Part shown: positions 24,791 through 37,934 of the stretch, in pieces | Layout of the letters: each line of letters begins with the position of its first letter | Numbering within the stretch: position 1 is the first letter of the stretch | Assembly: GCA_964016885.1 (NCBI GenBank) | Contig: OZ024750.1 | Span: 4,774,001 to 4,838,000, forward strand | Reading direction: 5' to 3' | DNA length: 64,000 bases | Source: Eledone cirrhosa | Lineage: Eukaryota | The notes under the pieces: generated by a model | Databases searched by the model: none | What the model was told of the DNA's origin: nothing | The model's input: the letters and a program-made list of their open reading frames with translations, nothing else | Translations under genes and position numbers: made by a program

Positions 24791-27700
24791 AGCAGTGATG
24801 ATGATATATATATATATATATATACACACACATATACACAATCCGACTTGCTTATTTAATACAATGAGGATAAAAAAAAATATTTAAAGACAAATTAAAC
24901 AGAAAAAAATAGTAAAGATGAAGTGTGAACTCTTTGGTGTAATGGAGGTAAAAAGATGAATAACATATCTGAGAGAAAGTGTCATAAGTTGCTGTGTAGA
25001 GAATAGTTCTTCCCTTAAGGCAGCATGAGGTGACAGGAAATATGTATGTAGGGAGGTAGAGGGAAGAGGCTTGGTATGAAGTGTTGGGTGTCGTGGGGGG
25101 TTATAGGGAGGTAGGGATGGTACAGGAGAGGGGCTTGGTATGTCGTGGAGGGGGGGGGGCAGGGGTTACATGGGGTACCGAAGAGAGGGGCATGGTATGT
25201 CCTGTAGTGTCATAATACCTGTTTTTTTTCTGTTACATAATTGTAGCATAAGTTTCAACTAGATAGGTAAGTAATGAGTTGGATCTGTATCATCATCATC
25301 ACATACATATATATCATATATGTATGTATATATACACAAGCCCAGCATCATGATATATATATATATCACAAACACCACCATCATTAGGACATATATATAT
25401 ATATCATCATCATCGTTTAACGTCTATCTTCCACACTAGCATGGGTTAGACAGGAATTGTCCCATTTGAGGCAAGATTGGTCATATAGGACTATCTGACA
25501 GGTTTTCTACGGCTGGATGCCCTTCCTAACACCAACCACAGTGTGGATTGGAAGCTTTTTACCGTGTTACCTACACGGCCACATTACAGCGTAACACCAT
25601 CATTGCTAGTCTGGGTTAGCTGTTGAAACTGCAAGAGCAAAGCCATCGGGGTCCCGACTCTTTATAATATATATATATAGGAATGGAAAAGTCAGGATAT
25701 GGCGTGGTAGGGTCGGAAAGGTAGGAGGTAGATAACGAAGGAGTTGTGGTAAGGAACCAGATAGTCCATCTGGTTCCTTACCACAACTCCTTCATATATA
25801 TATATAGACTATATTTCCGTTATGGGGATCCATTTACTTTAACTTTAGACTATTTTCTTTTGTCAATTTACGGTGCAAGTCAAGTTTCTAATTCACATTA
25901 TATATATATATAATTCAAGGAGACAAGAAACATAAGTACAAAAAGTCTTATTAGTTTCATGCTTTATATACGAAAGAGGAAAGAAAGTGCAATGAGTCGG
26001 GCTTAAGCCCTTCTTCAGGAATTACAAAATAAAGACAGGATCACAATGGAGAATCAGAAAAAAGGTCCAGTAAAAACAAAAAAAAAGTTGAATACATATT
26101 TATATATATAGAGAGAGAGATATACACCCTTACACAATATCCTGGTACCAATTCTGTTCGTTGATTGGTTTACTGTTGCTCATTTAATGAGCAACACCAT
26201 AACAAAATGCAAGTCGTTAGTTTGGTCAGCCACCTTTTAGTGGTATCTTAATAAAGTATCGGCACAATTCCAGTTGATAACTTCTCTTTCTCTATGTTAA
26301 TCACTGACAAATTACACTGTAAATTTAATGTTTTTAACAGTAAATTAGTAGTCATGCTATTGTATCTAATTCTAGTTAAATAGCTGAACAACTAACAATT
26401 CTGGTCAGACTATATTGGCAGCCAGCTAGAACATACGTACTAATCTTTAACTTAATTAAAATATTACACTTAATTATCTATGGCTACAGAGTTTGAGGAA
26501 AATGGCCATGATCTGCATTGGTAAAAATTATATACTTGGGGCACAATCTTCTAAGTGCAGGCATGGCTATATAGTTAAAGGGTTTGTTTCACAACCACAT
26601 AGGTTTAGGTTCAATCCTATTGTGTAACATTTGGGCAAAGTGTCTTTTGATATAGGCATGAATAGATGAACCTTCTGTACATCAGAAGATGTTGTGACTG
26701 GATTTAGGAGATCATCAATGTATTCTCTCCACCTTACAAGGAAGTATCTCTTTTCAGAGAGAACTCAGATGATTTCCTGGTGTGGAGCAGGACTTCTTAT
26801 GAAGTCAGTAGATGGTCTGTACAGTGAGCAACTGTGACACCAACACTATTAGTTTACAGAGTGGGCTGGATGTATGTTATCATGGTAACAACACTTCAAA
26901 GAGTGTACTGGGTGTGTTTTATTGAGGTACAAGGACTATAATTTTACAAAGTGTATTTGTTCATTTTATTGTAGCACCAGCACAACTTTACAGTGGACTG
27001 GGTGTAGAAAACCCGCCAGACAGTCCTATGCGAGCAAGACAACCACTCTTGCCTCAAGTGGGAAAACTCCCGTCCAAACCCATGCAAGCATGGAACACGG
27101 ACGTTAAACGATGATGATGATGATGATGATAAGTGTTAAAATTTCTACAAAGTTTTTGTTTCCATAGGAAATGTTCACAAAATAACAAACAGTACCATTT
27201 TACATGTTAACTAGTAGCATAATTTCTGTTTTGTCTTTCTAACTCTTCAAAGAGAACAAAAACAAATGGAGGAAAAATATAAAATAGAACCTAGCTCTTC
27301 AAAAGATAAAATAAAATTGGATGTAAAATATAAAATAGTATAAATAAACCCTCCATTGTTGAAGTAACAACATCGACATTCCTGAGAGAAAAATAAGAAT
27401 GCTAAAGCAAATATTCCACCTTGGACCAAGGTGGGTGTCGAGCAACACACACAAAAAAAAAAATAATAATAAAGGGAATAAAATAGTTGATCGAAAAAGT
27501 TATTTATATAATGTTATTTTTATTATTTTCTGTTTTACAAAAGGTGGCCAAGACAGGCAACGAAATATGCAGCAGTTTGCAAAAAAAAGGCAACAAATCT
27601 GTGTGTACATGTGAAGGTGGACATATTTAGGTGACTCACATACAGTCAGCTAACCTAGTAGTACTACTGACGGACAACTGACAAACTGACACACTGCTTT

Positions 27701-28095
27701 GACTCATTAACCAGCCAGCTTTTCTAAGCAGCTTATTATTAAAACGATATTCTTGTTGTTGTTATTTCGCCCCAGGTCAATTCCAACTGAGCAGACTTAT
27801 GATCTAATACATTCCAGATATCTTTTCAGGGTTAAACTATGATTACATTATCTTATGAATATGGTTTCATCTTTTGGTGACCATATTTCAAATGAAATTC
27901 ACATCATTCTAATTAATTAACAAAAAATGTTAAGAGATTTACTAAAATTATTAAATATTTCATAACTAAGATAATAACTTAACATAGGATTCTTGTATAA
28001 AAATTATGTTAAAAGATTTCAGTTTAAACAGGAGCCTTTGAGTAATTTTGATTCATAAAACCAAACCGGTTTTATCTGGGTTGGTATCAACATGA

Positions 28096-28311
28096 TTAAC
28101 CCTTTAGGATTTAAACTGGCTATATCCTGCCAGAATTCTCTCACCTCTTTCTGTTCAAACCAGCTGTAACCGGCCACTCATACTGATGTTAAGGTATTGT
28201 TCTCAAAATAAATAATATTAAAATCTCATAGATTCAATATTATGTGAGATAAAGACTTTACTGTGAAAATGTCATAGTACATATAGAGTAATGTAAATGC
28301 TAAAGGGTTAA
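28096..28311. mobile_element. piggyBac-type MITE family A, reverse orientation
   Basis: TTAACCCTTTAGGATTTA...TAAATGCTAAAGGGTTAA. Confidence 0.85.
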
Positions 28312-28894
28312 GAAATATTTGGCTACTATTTCTAGCGGGTTGAATATCTACATAGGGGCTTCTTTGTTGTTATAAGTTGTTGTTTAAGCTCAAGTCAATC
28401 CAAATTGAGTAGACTTATGATCAAACATATTACAGTCTCTACACTATCTAAAGATATGATTCAACTTTTAACATTATGTAAGGATTGATTGATAAGATAA
28501 AGCACCAGTAATGCACTGGGGTAATTGCTGGCCTTGTGCCAAATGTAGAAACAATTATGTAAGGATTTAGTGAAAAATACTCTTAAAATGGGTTTGTTAA
28601 TTCAAATGTTTATATTATCTTTACTGGTGGACAGTTCATTGTGAAAATGTGCTCAATTAGAGAAAAGACTTTAAATTTTAATGTGATGCAGCCGTAGTGC
28701 TGTTTTGGCTTTTCAAGTATGTGGTGGTGGTGATGACAGTGGTGGCAGTAACAATGATGATGATGATGATCATCATCATCATCATCATCATGAACAAATG
28801 ACAACAGCAATGCAGAGTGTCTTTGTTTTTCTAATGTCCAAAATTAATTACCAGAAGAAACAGTTAATAAGAAAATAAATAAATAACTACATAA

Positions 28895-29092
28895 ATAAAC
28901 CTTTAGAAGTTATATAAACCTTTAGAAGTTATCATATAAACCTTTAGAAGTTATCATATAAACCTTTAGAAGTTATCATATAAACCTTTAGAAGTTATCA
29001 TATAAACCTTTAGAAGTTATCATATAAACCTTTAGAAGTTATCATATAAACCTTTAGAAGTTATCATATAAACCTTTAGAAGTTATATAAAC
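28895..29092. repeat. 22-bp minisatellite, ~9 units
   Basis: Unit ATAAACCTTTAGAAGTTATCAT. Confidence 0.95.
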
Positions 29093-29124
29093 CGTGAGGT
29101 AAAGTCATTGTTTAATGTTTTAGA

Positions 29125-29500
29125 TAACAGCCCAGCCAAAGTCAGCTCTGGTTCTAGGGATCAAAATCACACATTTTAAAGGGTTTTTATTTAACCCTTT
29201 GATGTCAACCCAGCCAAAGTCAGCTCTGGTTCTAGGGATCAAAACCACATTTTAAAGGGTTTTTATTTGACCCTTTGATGTCAACCCAGCCAAAGCCAGC
29301 TCTGGTTCTAGGGATCAAAACCACACATTTTAAAGAGTTCTTTATTTAACCCTTTGATGTCAACCCAGCCAAAGTCAGCTCTGGCTCTAGGGATCAAAAC
29401 CACATATTTTAAAGGGTTTTTATTTAACCCTTTGATGTCAACCCAGCCAAAGTCAGCTCTGGTTTTAGGGATCAAAACCACACATTTTAAAGAGTTCTTT
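29125..29500. repeat. ~77-bp tandem repeat x5, resembling an end of MITE family B
   Basis: Unit TTAACCCTTTGATGTCAACCCAGCCAAAGTCAGCTCTGGTTCTAGGGATCAAAACCACACATTTTAAAG. Confidence 0.85.
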
Positions 29501-29679
29501 TTTTAAATTAAAATTTTCTAACAATTTTATATAAGACCCATACGTGAAATGAAGTGTCTTGCTGAAGGACACAACATGTCATGTGGCCTGGGAATTGAAC
29601 TCAGAACCTTATGATCTTGAATCAAACACCCTAACCACTTTCACATTGCATTATGGTAGCATGAAAACCATTAAACCTT

Positions 29680-30690
29680 CCATCACCATTATCACCATCA
29701 CTATCAATATCATCACTACCATCACCATTACTACCACCACCACCATCATCACTATTACCATCAATATCACCACCACCACCATCGTTACTAGCACCACTAA
29801 CATCACTATCAACACCATCTGTATTACTACTATCACCACCACCAACTCTACCATAACTATCACAACCTCCACCATCACCACTACCACTACTACCACCACT
29901 ACCACCACCATCATCATAATCACCACCACCATCACCACCACCACTACTACCACCATCATCACCATCACCACCATCATCATCACCACCACCATCACCACCA
30001 CCACTACTACCACCATCATCACCATCACCACCATCATCATCACCACCACCATCACCACAATTAATACAGCCATGATTATTTTTCTCCATTGCCATCACCA
30101 TGACAACATGGGTGGAACTATATTTGTGCAATCATCTATATAATTCCCTGGTAGGTAGGTAGATCTACAACAATACACCACCACCACCATCATTTACATC
30201 ATCATCATCGACATCACTACTACCACCCCTATTATCATCATCATCATCCTCAACATCAATAATACATAAAAATATAATCATAATGCATAAATCCTTACAT
30301 CTGCTTAATAATCTAATGTAAGATTAAGATATTTAATTATTAAATCATCATCATCATCATCACCATTAACATCACCATCACCATTATTATCATCATCACC
30401 ATCACCATCAACATCAACACCACCACCATCATCATCACCACCACCACCACCACCACCATCACCACCACTATCACCAACATCATCACCACCACCACCACCA
30501 CCATCACCACCACTATCACCAACATCATCACCACCACCACCACCACCACCACCATCACCACCACTATCACCAACATCATCACCACCACCACCACCACCAC
30601 CATCACCACCACCAACATCACCACCACCACCACCACCACCACCATCACCACCACCACCACCACCACCACCACCACCACCACCACCATTTT
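29680..30690. repeat. (CAC/CAT)n trinucleotide low-complexity region
   Basis: Direct reading; source of the poly-T/I, poly-V/M and poly-G/D ORFs. Confidence 0.9.
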
Positions 30691-30796
30691 ATGTCTGTTT
30701 ATCCATGCTTGCATGGATAGATAAATATACAAACTAAGATATTTAGCATCTCTAAGAGAAGTTATTTCATATTCAACATCTTATTATTATTAGTAT

Positions 30797-30980
30797 GGAT
30801 TAGCAGTATCGGTAGAGAGTCGGACCCCTTGCTTTGAAGCATAAAGTTACTTCCCTTCATGATCTGAGTTCAAATCCCGCCGAGGTTAACTTTGCCTTTC
30901 ATCCTTACGGGGTCGATAAAATAAAGTACCAGTAATGTACTGGGTAATTGCTGGCCTTGTGCCAAAAGTAGAAACAATTC
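30797..30980 (+). mobile_element. tRNA-derived SINE family 1, full length (partial second copy follows to ~31120)
   Basis: TAGCAGTATCGGTAG..GAGTTCAAATCCCGCCGAGGTTAACTTTGCCTTTCATCCTTACGGGGTCGATAAAATAAAGTACCAGT..TAGAAACAATT. Confidence 0.85.
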
Positions 30981-31155
30981 TTATTATTTGGATTTAGCAG
31001 AATCAGTAGAGCATTGGACAACATGTTTCTTGGCATATATTTACATACCTTTACATTCTGAGTTCAAATCCCACCAAGGTTAGCCTTACTTTCATCCTTA
31101 CGGGGTCGATAAAATAAAGTCAGTCTGAGAAGATTCTCTTCCCAGTCCTCCAATG

Positions 31156-31945
31156 TACCAGCTGTTGGTCTTAGAAGGGTATCTCCCCAGACCACTAAGA
31201 CCTTCTCAGACCCAAGATATACCAGCTGTTGGTCTTAGAAGGGTATCTCGCCAGACCACTAAAACCTTCCCAGACCCAAGATATACCAGCTGTTGGTCTT
31301 AGAAGGGTATCTCCCCAGAGCACTAAGACCTTCTCAGACCCAAGATATACCAGCTGTTGGTCTTAGAAGGGTATCTCGCCAGACCACTAAAACCTTCCCA
31401 GACCCAAGATATACCAGCTGTTGGTCTTAGAAGGGTATCTCCCCAGAGCACTAAGACCTTCTCAGACCCAAGATATACCAGCTGTTGGTCTTAAAAGGGT
31501 ATCTCGCCAGACCACTAAGACCTTCTCAGACCCAAGATATACCAGCTGTTGGTCTTAGAAGGGTATCTCCCCAGACCACTAAGACCTTCTCAGACCCAAG
31601 ATATACCAGCTGTTGGTCTTAGAAGGGTATCTCGCCAGACCACTAAGACCTTCTCAGACCCAAGATATACCAGCTGTTGGTCTTAGAAGGGTATCTCGCC
31701 AGACCACTAAGACCTTCTCAGACCCAAGATATACCAGCTGTTGGTCTTAGAAGGGTATCTCGCCAGACCACTAAAACCTTCCCAGACCCAAGATATACCA
31801 GCTGTTGGTCTTAAAAGGGTATCTCCCCAGACCACTAAGACCTTCTCAGACCCAAGATATACCAGCTGTTGGTCTTAAAAGGGTATCTCCCCAGACCACT
31901 AAAACCTTCCCAGACCCAAGATATACCAGCTGTTGGTCATAGAAG
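31156..31945. repeat. 64-bp minisatellite, 12 units plus partial
   Basis: TACCAGCTGTTGGTC recurs every 64 bp from 31156 to 31924. Confidence 0.95.
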
Positions 31946-31969
31946 ACTGTCTTTCAAAACTTCTAAGAT

Positions 31970-32570
31970 CTACCCAGGTTACCACCTCCACCCACCCAGG
32001 TTACCACACTGACATAGTGACCTCTCTACACCCCATCTACCCAGACATAGTGACCTCTCTATACCCTGTCTACCCAGATTACCATCTCCATCCACCCTAT
32101 CTACCTAGAAATAGTGACTTCTCTACACCCTGTCTACCCAGGTTTCAACCACCATCCACCCCATCTACCCAGACATAGTGACCTCTCTACACCCTGTCTA
32201 CCCAGGTTTCAACCTCCATCTACCCAGGTTTCAACCACCATCCACCCCATCTACCCAGACAGTGACCTCTCTACACCCTGTCTACTCAGGTTTCAACCTC
32301 CATCTACCCAGGTTTCAACCTCCATCCACCCCATCTACCCAGACATAGTGACCTCTCTACACCCTGTCTACCCAGGTTTCAACCTCCATCCACCCCATCT
32401 ACCCAGACATAGTGACCTCTCTACACCCTGTCTACCCAGGTTTCAACCTCCATCCACCCCATCTACCCAGACATAGTGACCTCTCTACACCCTGTCTACC
32501 CAGGTTTCAACCTCCATCCACCCCATCTACCCAGACATAGTGACCTCTCTACACCCTGTCTACCCAGAGT
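31970..32570. repeat. Second minisatellite (64-bp period at right end, irregular at left)
   Basis: Unit CATAGTGACCTCTCTACACCCTGTCTACCCAGGTTTCAACCTCCATCCACCCCATCTACCCAGA. Confidence 0.9.
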
Positions 32571-34674
32571 CTCCTCTTTATAAACACAAGCTAAGTACCA
32601 ATAAAACAATATATTTACGCAAGTGGCCATTTAATACAATTTAACAACACGGCAAACAAGAGAGCAACAGCCTGGTTAAAGAAAGACATCTCTCGTCAAC
32701 ATAAGAAACTGAAGTGGCAAGGTGTTGTTTAGTTTGGAATTATAACAATTTAGGCAGAGTAGTGATGATGGTGGTGGTGTGAGGTATAGGGGAGGGAGGT
32801 TTTAATGGCTGAATTAATATACAAGAGTGTCGGCTAAGAAGTTCATAGGCTGACTATGAAGGACTGATGCTGTGAGGACTGGAGCAATATGATATAAAGT
32901 GTCTGTCTGGCTCAAGAACACAATATGTCATCAGGGAATTGAACTCAAGACTTTTAATCCTGTTTGGGAGTAAACAGTTATGGAGGTATAAAAACCTTCC
33001 TCATGTTAATATGGTGTTTAGATGAAACATTGCTAGATGACAATTTAAAATGGAAGATCATTTGTTGGTGACACTTGAGATTGTAAAGAGAGGCATGTAA
33101 CCTGGGTCTCTAAAAGACACTACCCTAGATAAGAGAAAATTTGAAGAAAATTGGGATTGCAAAGGGAGGAGGAATTGAAGAAAGCTGGGATTGCAAAGAG
33201 GGGAATTTAGGAAAGTGGGTGTCTGGGAACCACTATTAAGGTATCAGATTAAATACTTAGTTATTTGTTTAAATTCATTGCATTCTGAGTTCAAATCCTA
33301 CTGAAGTCAATTTTATCTTTTGTCCTTTCAATCTAGGGATAGTGAATTGGTAGCATTCTTAAAGAGTTAGACGGGATGTTTTATGATATCTGATCCAGTT
33401 CTTGGTATTCTGAGTTCAAATCCTGCCTCCTTTTGATAGGAATTGTAACCAACAGATAATATCAGCAATGGAAACAAAAATCAATCAATGAAAACATTGT
33501 CTCTTTGGTCTGATCTGGCAACCAGGTCATCTAATGCATGTGTGTGTGTGTGTGTGTGTGTGCCGACTGTGTGAGTGTGTCGCCATGTGAGTGTATGTTG
33601 TCATATGTGTATATGTGCACTCAACACCTTTCTGCTATCAACTCTTTATAAATCACTAACTGTACAAATTTAATCTACTCAGGAATTCCATCAAACATTG
33701 TTTTTATATTTTTTACTTTTTTTCTCTTCTTTGTTCAACACCCCACCACACCCCGGGTGGTCTAGTGGTCAGAGTGTTGGACTCACAAGCATAAGGTCAT
33801 GGGTTTAATTCTTAGACCAGACAGTGCATTGTGTTCTTGAACAAGATACTCCATTTTATGTTGCTTTTCATGATAAGACTGAGGTTGCTATCATTAAAAT
33901 ACCCAAGAGGCCTGCAATAAGTTGTAACCTCATATGAGGCCAGCTAGATATACAAGGATGCAACATGATAGGACTGGGGCCTCTATCATTAAAACACCCA
34001 AGAAATCTCCTATGGGATATGGCTTTATAGAAGGCCAGCTAAACTTACATAGGTGGGAGCTGAAAACTCCATTTTCATTCATTTCATGGGGGATGGTGTT
34101 TACTATATGGAAGGGAGAATTGTATTTGCAGGTGAATGTTTGATAGCCACAGGTAAAGACTGTGTTTTGGTTGGTGTTCAGCCAGGTAAATTGGAATATG
34201 TAGAATTAGGTGTCTTGTTCAGAACGACAATACAATGACAGCAGTAAGATTTGAAATGATAACCATTTGGTCAATATTTCAGCCTCTCAACCTACCAACC
34301 ATTGTGATGGTGATAGTGGTGGTGGTGGTGGGGATGTGCTGATGGTGATGGTGATAATGGTGGTAGCAATGATGATGGTGGTGGTGGTGGTGATTATGAT
34401 GGTGGAGGTGGTGATATTAATGGTGGGGGTTGATGATTATCATGATAATGGTGGTGATGAGATCACCATTAGATGAGTTGTCCTGTTGTGAGACAAGTCA
34501 GATCAGATGACCATGTCTTGCTCATACAGAACTGTTTCTGGCTAGGATCCTATGACTTGGTGCCCTTCCTAACACACCATGATTCAAAATAAAGCTATAA
34601 ACTATATGTTTATGTTTAATAAACATACATTCAATTTCACCATAATCATATCACAGCTCCTCGTTACAAGTATT

Positions 34675-35176
34675 TTAACTCTTAACCATTTACATTACTC
34701 TATATTTACTATTATATTTTCATGGTAAAGGCTTTACCTCACATAATATCAAATCTATGAGATTTTGATATTATTTATTTTGTCGAGACACGTGGCCTAC
34801 TGGTAAGGGTGTTGGACTTACGATCATAATGTTGTGGGTTTGATTCCTGGGCTGGGTTGTGTGTTGTGTTCTTGAACAAAACACTTCATTTCACGTTGCT
34901 CCAGTATACTCAGCTGAAAATGAGTACCAGCGATAGCTGGGTGTTTAACCCTGCGATGGACATGGCATCCTGGCCAGGTGGAAGTCTTGTACTCTCAGTC
35001 GCTTCATGCCATGAAACTGGGATAAGCACTGGCCTAACAAGCCTTCTGGTTGAGACAGACTTTATTTTGAGAACAATACCTTAACATCAGTGTGAGTGGC
35101 CAGTTACAGCCAGTTTGAATAGAAAAAGGTGAGAGAATTCTGGCCGGATATGGTCGGTTTAAATGCTAAAGGGTTA
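34675..35176. mobile_element. MITE family A interrupted by a SINE
   Basis: MITE body is colinear on both sides of the 34783-35060 insert. Confidence 0.8.
34783..35060 (+). mobile_element. Full-length tRNA-derived SINE with CORE-like domain (sister copy ~50797-51075)
   Basis: TGGCCTACTGGTAAGGGTGTTGGAC..GGTTTGATTCC head; TGTGTTCTTGAACAAAACACTT core; 9-bp TSD TTTATTTTG at 34774-34782 and 35061-35069. Confidence 0.85.
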
Positions 35177-36171
35177 AGTCATAGCCAACTCTGCATTAGG
35201 GTTAAAGCAGTGTATGAATGTACTTCACTATGTCACAGGTCATCAGACCTTACTATCTTCCCTCCAGATGTCGAGGTATGACAGTCTGTAAAGATCTAGA
35301 GAACTTCTATATAAACTCTTCTTGGTGAAGAAGGTTTATTTATATAAGGTACAACCTTTGTAAATATTGCATCATCACGGTGAAAGGAAATCAATAAATG
35401 ACCTCACATGTCTGACACAATGTTGGCATCTATTATAACATTGATGTGTTTTATTTATTGGTATTGTCACATTGCTGAAGACTAGGTCTTTGGATTGCCT
35501 TCTATTACATTGTTGACAACAGCAACTATTTATTCCATTTTAGACTCTTACAGCGTGGGCTGGATGCTTTTTGTCATGATACCTACATGACCACTTTACA
35601 GTGTGGACTGGATGCTTTTTGTCATGATACCTACATGACCACTTTCCAGTGTGTACTGGATGCTTTTTGTCATGGTACCTACATGACCACTTTACAGCAT
35701 GGACTGGGGATTTTCATACAGACCACAATACACGTGTCAGTCTGATAATATATTGATCTCTATTTGTCTATCTACTAAGTCATGAAGCATAAAGGAACAC
35801 AACACAACACTGATTTTTAGATCAGTGCAAGTATAAATATGGATACACACATGTATGTGTGTGTGTGTGTGTATATATATATCTATATATACAAACTCAA
35901 ACATGCTTCCTTACCATTGTCATCGTTTAACGTCAGTTTTCCCTGTTACCAAAGGTTGATCATGTCATCACGGACCAGACACCCAGTTCAGCCTCTGACA
36001 CCCAGGTTGGTCAGAGGCTCAAATTACAATCCTACACTCTATCGAGTGCATTGACACAGCTAAAAAGTCATACTGACCCTCTGTTTAGTAGAATTTCTAC
36101 AACTGGATTTCATTTCTATCCTCTGAGAATACTGACTAGATTGGGGGGTTCTGCTGAGATTAGGCGCTCAT

Positions 36172-36208
<37 letters not shown>

Positions 36209-36417
36209 GGTGGGGTAAAAGACTGAAGTGCCAAAGGAGGCATGAAATAGCAGACGGCTAGATGCTTGACCCTGGGTTAATAAAGCCCACCCAATGTCTA
36301 CACTCCGCTTTCATTAACGTATCGGGTACCAAGTTGAATAATGGTCTTAGTCATTTAACAAATAACCACATAGCTGCACCAACACACAAACATATAATTG
36401 AAATGTGTAGGTACATC

Positions 36418-36450
<33 letters not shown>

Positions 36451-37393
36451 ATACATACTTAGATACATGCTTAAGATGACTATCTTCTCTGATGATTACA
36501 TCTCCATCTTTGATGCATGTGAATAGATAGAGATGTTGCTGTTTCTACGTAGTGGCATCTGTTTACATCATTGATGAGGTGTTTTAGTTATATGCGTGTG
36601 TGTGTGTAGCATCATCATCATCGTTTAACGTCTATCTTGCACGCTAGCATGGGTTTAGACGGGAATTGTCCTACTTGAGGCACGATTGGTCGGGTGACCA
36701 TGTCTCGCTCGTATAGGACTGTCTGGCAGGTTTTCTACGGCTGGATGCCCTTCCTAACACCAATCACGTTTACAGTGTGGACTGGAAGGTTTTTACCGTG
36801 TTTTATATATATATATATACAGAGAGAGAGAGAGTGTGTGTATGTGTTCATTCTATTTAAAGAATAAGTTAAGGTCAGTAATAAACTGGGATTAGTGTGA
36901 TGTCTATATAGGTTCCCTCGACATAATGCTGACAATACAAACAGTATAAAAATAAGGGCTGTGTGTGGGATTATTATATTGTTATATACCGACAGAGCAA
37001 TAGAAAAAAAACAACAGATTAGTGAATCTAGTTATGGTCGGGGTAGGATATAAAACCTTCATCGATAATGAAACGAAGGGTCAGAGAGGGGGGGGGGACT
37101 AGAGTAGTGGTCAACTTAGATAGGAAGAAGTGAAGTGAGAGGTGGAAGGCAGTTTCCGTGTCCAACAAATTTCATCCGCTACGGCGCCCAAGCTGGAGCA
37201 CAGCAAGCACGTTAGAGAGAGAGAAATAAAATGAGAGAAGGAGGGAGACGAAAGAGAAAAGAGAGACAGAGAAGAAGAGAAAGAGGGTAAAAAATGAGCT
37301 CTCTCTCTATATATATATATAGTGTAGGTATTACGGTGAAATACTGGCGTTGGTACCAAATCAAGCACTCTATGCAGAGTGTATATAAAATTG

Positions 37394-37421
<28 letters not shown>

Positions 37422-37430
<9 letters not shown>

Positions 37431-37830
37431 TACAAATATTAATAAAATAGATGTTCTTTTGATTAATTAAATTTTATTATACATATTTCAGAGGTACAAC
37501 AGTACGTCCTCATCAGACAAAATACAATGATACATGACATACCCTGAGATGTTAAATGGTTAAGATTTAATCAAGGTAGTTGATTAAATCTTAACCATTT
37601 AACATCTCAGGGTATGTCATGTATCATTATATTTTGTCTGATGAGGACGTACTGTTGTACCTCTGAAATATGTATAATAAAATTTAATTGATTAAAAGAA
37701 CATCTATTTTATTAATATTTGTATTTTAATATTAATAACTCTGGAAAATATTTTTTCTTGTAGAGTGCTTCCAATCTACCGTAAAACTTATTCTTTGATG
37801 TACTCATTGAATCTTGTTTAACTCTTTAAT
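37422..37830 (+). mobile_element. (TA)n-embedded palindromic element family Y with hammerhead motif (Penelope-like)
   Basis: Arms ~37422-37574 and 37580-37732 (3 mismatches seen), loop GGTAG; homologous copy at 55037-55393. Confidence 0.7.
37626..37688 (+). ncRNA. Type I minimal hammerhead ribozyme motif (mirror copy on minus strand ~37466-37528)
   Basis: Stem I ATTATATTTTGT/ATAAAATTTAAT; CTGATGA 37638-37644; stem II GGAcGTAC-TGTT-GTACcTCT; GAAA 37665-37668; stem III TATGTA; AUA cleavage triplet. Confidence 0.65.
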
Positions 37831-37866
37831 ATATATATATATATATATGTAGATAAATCTACCAAG

Positions 37867-37934
<68 letters not shown>

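Noticed and set aside
25945-26030. Minus-strand CTGAAGA...GAAACTAATA possible hammerhead
   Set aside because: No convincing stem I could be paired and the stem II region is long and irregular
29559-30732. Mucin-like, Gly/Asp-rich and Val/Met-rich ORFs
   Set aside because: Open in several frames because of (CAC/CAT)n; no splice signals or non-repetitive domain
33752-33830. tRNA-like sequence (GGTGGTCTAGTGGTCAGAGTG...GGTTTAATTC)
   Set aside because: SINE head followed by the CORE-like body; no acceptor stem. The same holds for other A/B-box heads in the window
37111-37215. Possible cryptic minus-strand exon after a polypyrimidine tract
   Set aside because: No good donor site and no Par-4-like peptide; exons 1 and 2 already join in frame
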